Source: Octopus vulgaris (Eukaryota). Taken from it: a stretch of 64,000 bases of DNA. A program made the position numbers and the translations under genes. The notes under the pieces were generated by a model. That model was not told the origin of the DNA, made no database searches, and saw only the letters and a program-made list of their open reading frames with translations. Position 1 is the stretch's first letter; each line of letters opens with the position of its first letter. Positions 57,620 to 64,000 of the stretch are shown here, piece after piece. The stretch spans positions 146,940,001 to 147,004,000 of the forward strand of contig OX597815.1 in NCBI GenBank assembly GCA_951406725.2, read 5' to 3'.

Positions 57620-58760
57620 AATCTACTAAGCATTAAGTGTTGAAGCGCATCCCTTGATCAAGTTTGTATACATGTGGCTGATAACATCATAAAACGTGAA
57701 AGCAACTCCTTGAGCAGCAGTCCTTGTCTGATAATCTTAAATACATGCGCAAAGAAGTTGCAGGATTTTACTACAAAGTATCATTAAATAAAAGGTTGAC
57801 CGAATATTAGCAGAAGAACCTGCATGGATATGTTAATAGAAAACTCCCAGACGAGAGTAACATTGATCATGAAAGCAGTTTATCCTGAACCAACAAACGG
57901 ATTACTACTTTCCATTTTGACAGGTAAGCGTTTGCAATCCAGAAACAGAAAATGTCAATCTGATGCATAAGAAGGGACAAAGATGCAGGAAAAGCAGTAA
58001 AATGTTACAACCGATGCAGACTTTGTGGAGTTAACACCGAAGATATCACCTTCATCATAAGCAGTTGTCCGAAAATGTTATCCCGGTATTATCTACCGAT
58101 GAGACCTGATGTTCTAGCTAGAACACTGCATAACGAGATCAGTCAGAAGGACAATCCTGGGGATAGAGAAGTAAGAACCCATAGTATGGTGGAAGACATA
58201 GCCACTCATAACAAAAAGGAGCATCGGTGGAATGTCCCAGTGAAAACCTCAATAGCCCTGACATAATGATTTGGGATAGAGTAGAGAAACTGCGTGCAGT
58301 TGTAAAAATCAGCTGTCTAGTTGATGTTAGCATAAATCTGAAGATCAGCTAAAAAGAAAATACACTATTGAGAAATTTTCAGTTACTCTAACCAGGTTAC
58401 AAATTCAGGTTTATATCTGGGAGGTGTAAAGCACTGCCTAAATAACTAATCTTGAGAAATTAGGCATCTCAATATGGGAAAGGAGATACAGATGGAATCC
58501 ATCAAGGAAACTATAATAATCTGTAAAAATTTCCAGAAGTTTATCATTTAATTATATATGAGCATGTCTGAAGATGCAGGTATATGCACGAGAAGACAAA
58601 CATGAAACAAAACTTACAAATCTGCACATATACGGACATATATACATACATACAAACAAAAATACCTGTTCTTGAAAATGAAATTCCAATGAAGACGCAT
58701 TGGGTCTAGGTTAGAAACCAGCTCTTTTTCCATTGGCAAGAAATCTTAAAATAAAACTAA
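57620..58760 (+). mobile_element. Decayed 3' part of a distinct RLE non-LTR retrotransposon
   Basis: CRLCGVNTEDITFIISSCPKM..YYLPMRPD knuckle and RHD-like motif; WNVPVKT...PDIMIWD endonuclease motif. Confidence 0.7.
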
Positions 58761-59244
58761 ATAATGACATATATACATACATACAAATGTTCATTTATAA
58801 ATATGTGTGTAAGTGAGATGTAGCTGTCTCACAGTAAATCTTTAATTACTTTCGTTGTTTTACTTGAAATAAATGTGTTTTTTAGATATGGAAATATAAT
58901 TTCACGCGTGTTTTCACATATACATAAATAAGCATTCATAAACACATCGTCAAAAGGGGAAACACGGTTATTTATATGATAGTTGTTAAATACGTTCATA
59001 ATAAAGTATCAGTATGACCTTGTCCGTTATGAAAACGAAACAAAAATGTACACACAAAAATTAAAAAACAGAAGAATAAAAATACGAATACATAAACTCC
59101 TGTGTATAATACATTTGTTTATGTGTTGCCACACGAAACTGAAATGGTTTACATCGAAACAAAGAGAATACATGCACTTTCATACAGCATATGTACAGAA
59201 AACCTTCACACGCATACATAGTTATATTTAAGCACACACATATA

Positions 59245-59278
<34 letters not shown>

Positions 59279-59470
59279 CATGTTAGACACACACGCACGC
59301 ATACACACGAATATGCATGCATATATGTGTGTATGTATGTATATATATATATATATATGTATGTATTCTTCCGCTTTTTTTCAACAACAGCATATTTTCC
59401 CATCCCATTTAACTGAAATGTCTCTGACACCAATGTCATATCCTTTCCTGTTCTCCTCCTTCTGTCTCTC

Positions 59471-59511
<41 letters not shown>

Positions 59512-59727
59512 CCTTTCTATCACTCTCGACACATTACTCATTATATATTCTTTCATTTGTCAGGAAAATTTAAATATTCACACCAACTGCAGACTCTAAT
59601 ATCTGCGAATGCTTGCTGTATTCTCACAATCATACTGCAGTGTACACATCAATATACGCGACCAGAGACGTGATTACTACTTGTTTCAAATGTGCTTGCG
59701 TACATATATATATATATACATACATAC

Positions 59728-59808
<81 letters not shown>

Positions 59809-60851
59809 AGTGTATGTGTGTATACACATGAGTACATATTGACACACGTTACAGATATACATACAGATGCATGTATGTATGCATGTATGTGCGAATGTGT
59901 ATATATGTATGCAGATATGTATGTTTGTGTACGTGCACACACACACAAATACATACATACATACATACACACATACATGCATTCATACATATTAAGTAAC
60001 TTTTTACTATGGAAAGGTTGAAAACGTCTTCGAAATTTCGGTTTGTTCGCCTTCATCAAACTTCTTTATTTCTAAGTAGGAGCGCTAAGAGGGGATATGT
60101 ATAAGTGCAACGTTCGAATATGCTTCTAGCACGTTTGAATTAATAAACAAGTCATTCATTGTATTTTGTCATGGAGAAAATTTCTCGTTGTTGACAATGT
60201 TGTAAATACACCTAGATCAGTTTGCAGCGCCCTCTTTCCAGGCGGAGTAGTCTCTCTTTGGTCACAAACATTAGGCAGAGAGCACACTGAGCTGATGGAA
60301 GAGAGTGATTCTCTTAAGAAATTTCAACCATCGTATGTGAAGGTGGAAAACTATGTGTGGAATAGGCACCCGGGGTAGTTGTGAATAAGGAGTGGCGGGG
60401 AGAAGCTGATTGGATTAAAGCATATCCTTGTTAGTATTGGCTGATAGAACCTTATAATGTGTATAAATAATTTGACACATTTATTTACACTTTAATTTCC
60501 TTGCCTGACTGACCCTTAAGCAATAACAAAAGACCTATACCAAGTCAAAATAAATCACCTAACCACAGCTTTCTATCAAGCTGCATCCTAGCAACATATA
60601 AAATCCTGCTTCCTCTTTCTACTCTTCCTACACATATACTTCTTCGCCCTACATAAATTACTAAGTACCATTTACACAGCTCTACGTAATGCCGAAAGCT
60701 ACTTACTAAAGACTATATAGATCCCGAAAGAACCCAAGAAAAGAACAGTCTAATAAGGATGAGCAAGCTAAAACCTCAGTTAACTTTTCATTTTAAAAGT
60801 CAATAAATATGTGCGCTAGAAACAGTATTGAGCAATTCTTTGGCTTAACGT

Positions 60852-60884
<33 letters not shown>

Positions 60885-60886
60885 AG

Positions 60887-60919
<33 letters not shown>

Positions 60920-61212
60920 TAAACACACACACACACACAATGTTATGAACATCCTACAAGTAGTAGATACATATAAACATTGCCACAAATCCGGCCTCTC
61001 TCTCTCTCTGCAGAGTGGAAAGATCGGCGCACACCATTTGCTAACATTACAACATTTAATGTAATTCCGAGCAGTCGGACTGAAATACCATGCCCTCTTC
61101 TATTTCTTTTCTGAGTCTTCTGCACTTCATGTAAATCTGATCTTACATATGTAAATATCTATATGTTCACACATAAATGTTCAACTTCTGAATATATTCG
61201 AAGTTGTTTCTC

Positions 61213-61257
<45 letters not shown>

Positions 61258-61528
61258 ATACATATATATATATACGTGTGTGCATGTATGTATTACATGT
61301 ATATATGTATGTTTATTTTATGTATCAAGCCCAACCGTGTTTATTTGTTGATTTGCATAATTATCACCACATGATCTCACCTGAATTCCTTTAATCGACA
61401 CTCTCTACACTCGGACTTCGTCCTCAATAAATTATTTCAGTACTACAATGTATTCTCGATAGTTAGCATCTCTGGCTCTCACCTATTGGTCCTGTGTCAC
61501 CCTCTCTCTATCTGTCTTTGTCTGTCTG

Positions 61529-61575
<47 letters not shown>

Positions 61576-61603
61576 CCCTCTCTATATATTTATATGTATA
61601 CAT

Positions 61604-61750
61604 ATACTCAAGGGGTTGCTGAAATGTTCATTGCTTTGTGTAAAAAATATACAGGAAGATCAGTTAATGATTTCATTCAACATATTCCCCTGTCAGATTC
61701 ACACACTTTTTGCAGCGGTCATTCAGTTTTCTAAACCCTGTAAAAGAACT
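61604..61750 (-). mobile_element. Mariner-like element end fragment
   Basis: Reverse complement of 1905-2055. Confidence 0.65.
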
Positions 61751-62024
61751 CTTAATGCTGGGACTTGTACTCAGGAGAGATAGCAGTGTGTTAAGTTTGC
61801 TATTGGCGTATGGTTATGAGTAATTGTTTTTGTGTCAAGATATATACAATAGGATCATGAGTGGTTGTGTGGTAAGAAGTTTAATGTGGCGGTCCCATAG
61901 AGGACGATGTTACTGTTGTTTTTAGCCCCAGGTAGACATATATCCAGCTGGCTACGACACGTTGTCTGTGTCCAATTAGTATTTGCGAGAGGATGTGATC
62001 GCTCCCATCTCTAGCCTTACGCGG

Positions 62025-62073
62025 CACACTCTGACCCGGGTTTCTGGGTAGTTACCCGTCTTCGGTGTGTGAT
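62025..62073 (-). ncRNA. Type I hammerhead ribozyme, copy 1
   Basis: atCACACA CcGAAGA C GGGT aact ACCC A GAA ACCCGGGT C aGaGTG; U4 changed to C and two stem I mismatches. Confidence 0.7.
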
Positions 62074-62512
62074 AATGACCAGCTAGAGATGAATACAGCG
62101 ACAAACTGCCACTCATCTCGAAAATGGAGAAATAAGCTATATTAAATCTCAGAGCGAGAGATAAATAGTAACAGTATGGGATCCTAAAATATATTTGCAA
62201 ACTAAATGTGGCGGTCCCATAGAGGACGATATTACTGTTGTTTTTAGCCCCAGGAAGACAGCTCCTCCAGTTGGCTAACGACACACTGTGTCCGATTCGT
62301 ATTAGTATTTACAATAGTAACATAGTTCTCTATGGAACTGCCACATTTAGTTCGCAAATATATTTTACGATTCTGTACCTTTACTATTGACCTCTAGCTC
62401 AAAGATTTAATATAGCTTATTTCTCCCTTTTGGAGATCAGCGACAGTTTGTCGCTGGAAAAAGCATATAAAATTCTGCGAGTGGAATGAGTTTCCAACAC
62501 TAGCTGGTTATT

Positions 62513-62561
62513 ATCAGAAACTGAAGACAAGCAACTACCCAGAAACCTGGGTCTGTGTGTA
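62513..62561 (+). ncRNA. Type I hammerhead ribozyme, copy 2
   Basis: atCAgAaA CTGAAGA C aagc aact ACCC A GAA ACCtGGGT C TGTGTG; core intact, stems I and II decayed. Confidence 0.7.
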
Positions 62562-62702
62562 TCACGTAAGGCTAGAGATGGGAGGAATGACTTCCCCTCG
62601 CAAATAATAATCGGACACAGACAGTGTGTTGTTAGTCAGTTGGAGGAGATGTCTTCCTGGGGCTAAAAGCAACAGTAAAATCGTCCTCCATGGGGCCACC
62701 AC

Positions 62703-62746
<44 letters not shown>

Positions 62747-63777
62747 CAAATATATCTTATGATTCCATACTGTTACCGTTTACCTCTCGCTCAGAGATTT
62801 AATATAGTACATATATTTATGTTTATCTTTGTCCCCCACCATCGTTTGACATCCGACGTTGGTGTGTTTACGTCCCTGTAACTTAGCGGTTCGGCAAAAG
62901 GATGCGATGGCATAAGTACAAGGCTTACAAAGAATATGTCCTGGGGTCTATTTGTTCGATTAGAGGCGGTGCTCCAGCATGGCGGCGTTGAAATTATTGG
63001 AACAAATAAAAGGAAAGAATATAGGAATACTAGACAACATTTAAGTAAATGACTACTCAATACTTTTCGTATCGTAAATGTTTATTGTTTATATCTTAAA
63101 AGGCAAATGTTGACAGTGATTTCGAAGTTTCGGCGAGTTTGACATAGTGTATGTTTGTGAGTGAAAGTGTTTGTGTGCTGCATGTGCTTTTGTGTACATT
63201 ATATGAATGTGCTGGGGCGTGTTTGCGTGTGGTGTGTGCTTGCGTGTGCGTGTGCGAGAGAAAGACAGGGAAATAAAGAGAAAGACAGAGAGAGAGAGGA
63301 GAAAGAGAGATAGATTTTTAGTGGCTGAAGTGTTCCTGTAAGTTGTCTATAACGGTATGCATATATACTGCTCCGAGCAATTGAGAAAACTGTATTTTGA
63401 TATATTTCTTTACTTCGTTACGTTCCTTTAAATGCTGGGCTGAAAATGCTACTGGAAGTAATTTACTTTTCATATCAATTGCTACTTTGATTATTGATTA
63501 AAGAAGGATAAAATGCAAATTCCGTTCCGTGAAAATTCTAAATGAGCATATGAAGTGTATGCATTGTAAGGCATGTTATATAGTACAATATTGATTCTGG
63601 CACTCCTCATTGATTTCTTAACAATGCACATGATCTCAAATGTTTTGCAGAAAGTGAACAGGCGATTGTAAAGGACCAATATTTCACTCCCCTTCATTTT
63701 ATCGTTCCCAGGAGAGAGAAAAGCTAAGGCAATATCGGTGCACTTGAACTAAGTAAAAGTACGTTACAAAAATAACA

Positions 63778-64000
63778 TTCTTCTTCTTCTTCTTCTTCTT
63801 CTTCTTCTTCTTCTTCTTCTTCTTCTTCTTCTTCTTCTTCTTCTTCTTCTTCTTCTTCTTCTTCTTCTTCTTCTTCTTCTTCTTCTTCTTCTTCTTCTTC
63901 TTCTTCTTCTTCTTCTTCTTCTTCTTCTTCTTCTCCTCCTCCTCCTCCTCCTCCTCCTCCTTCTTCTTCTTCTTCTTCTTCTTCTTCTTCTTCTCCTCCT
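63778..64000. repeat. (CTT)n/(CCT)n polypyrimidine microsatellite running off the window end
   Basis: Direct reading. Confidence 0.97.

Larger units (their letters stand above)
61883..62808. mobile_element. Retrozyme-like array: ~322-358 bp hammerhead-containing unit in tandem and inverted copies
   Basis: Unit restarts at 61883 and 62205; inverted copies marked by ccacattt at 62341 and 62699; nested between a SINE B head (61855-61882) and body (62810-63020). Confidence 0.75.

Overview
Eukaryotic, AT-rich, extremely microsatellite-dense DNA. The repeat repertoire resembles an octopod cephalopod genome (inference, not a database result). No intact host gene is evident, and almost all ORF-track entries are translations of simple repeats. 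The window holds six copies or fragments of R4/Dong-type non-LTR retrotransposons (RT plus restriction-like endonuclease), two of them near full length and sitting in (AAT)n arrays. It also holds at least three tRNA-derived SINE families (including a 3.4-kb cluster), a ~540-bp non-coding (AAT)-tailed element, and mariner, RTE and possible Helitron remnants. A near-identical 204-bp inverted duplication brackets 8.5 kb. The most interesting signal is a ~320-360 bp hairpin-rich unit repeated in tandem and inverted orientation at 61883-62808. Its two hammerhead copies give a consensus type I hammerhead ribozyme, i.e. a retrozyme-like element. Several more decayed Penelope-type hammerheads are scattered through the window. 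A possible minus-strand host gene (sugar-porter-like TM1 exon, Thr/Pro-rich frames) lies at about 7.8-10.6 kb.
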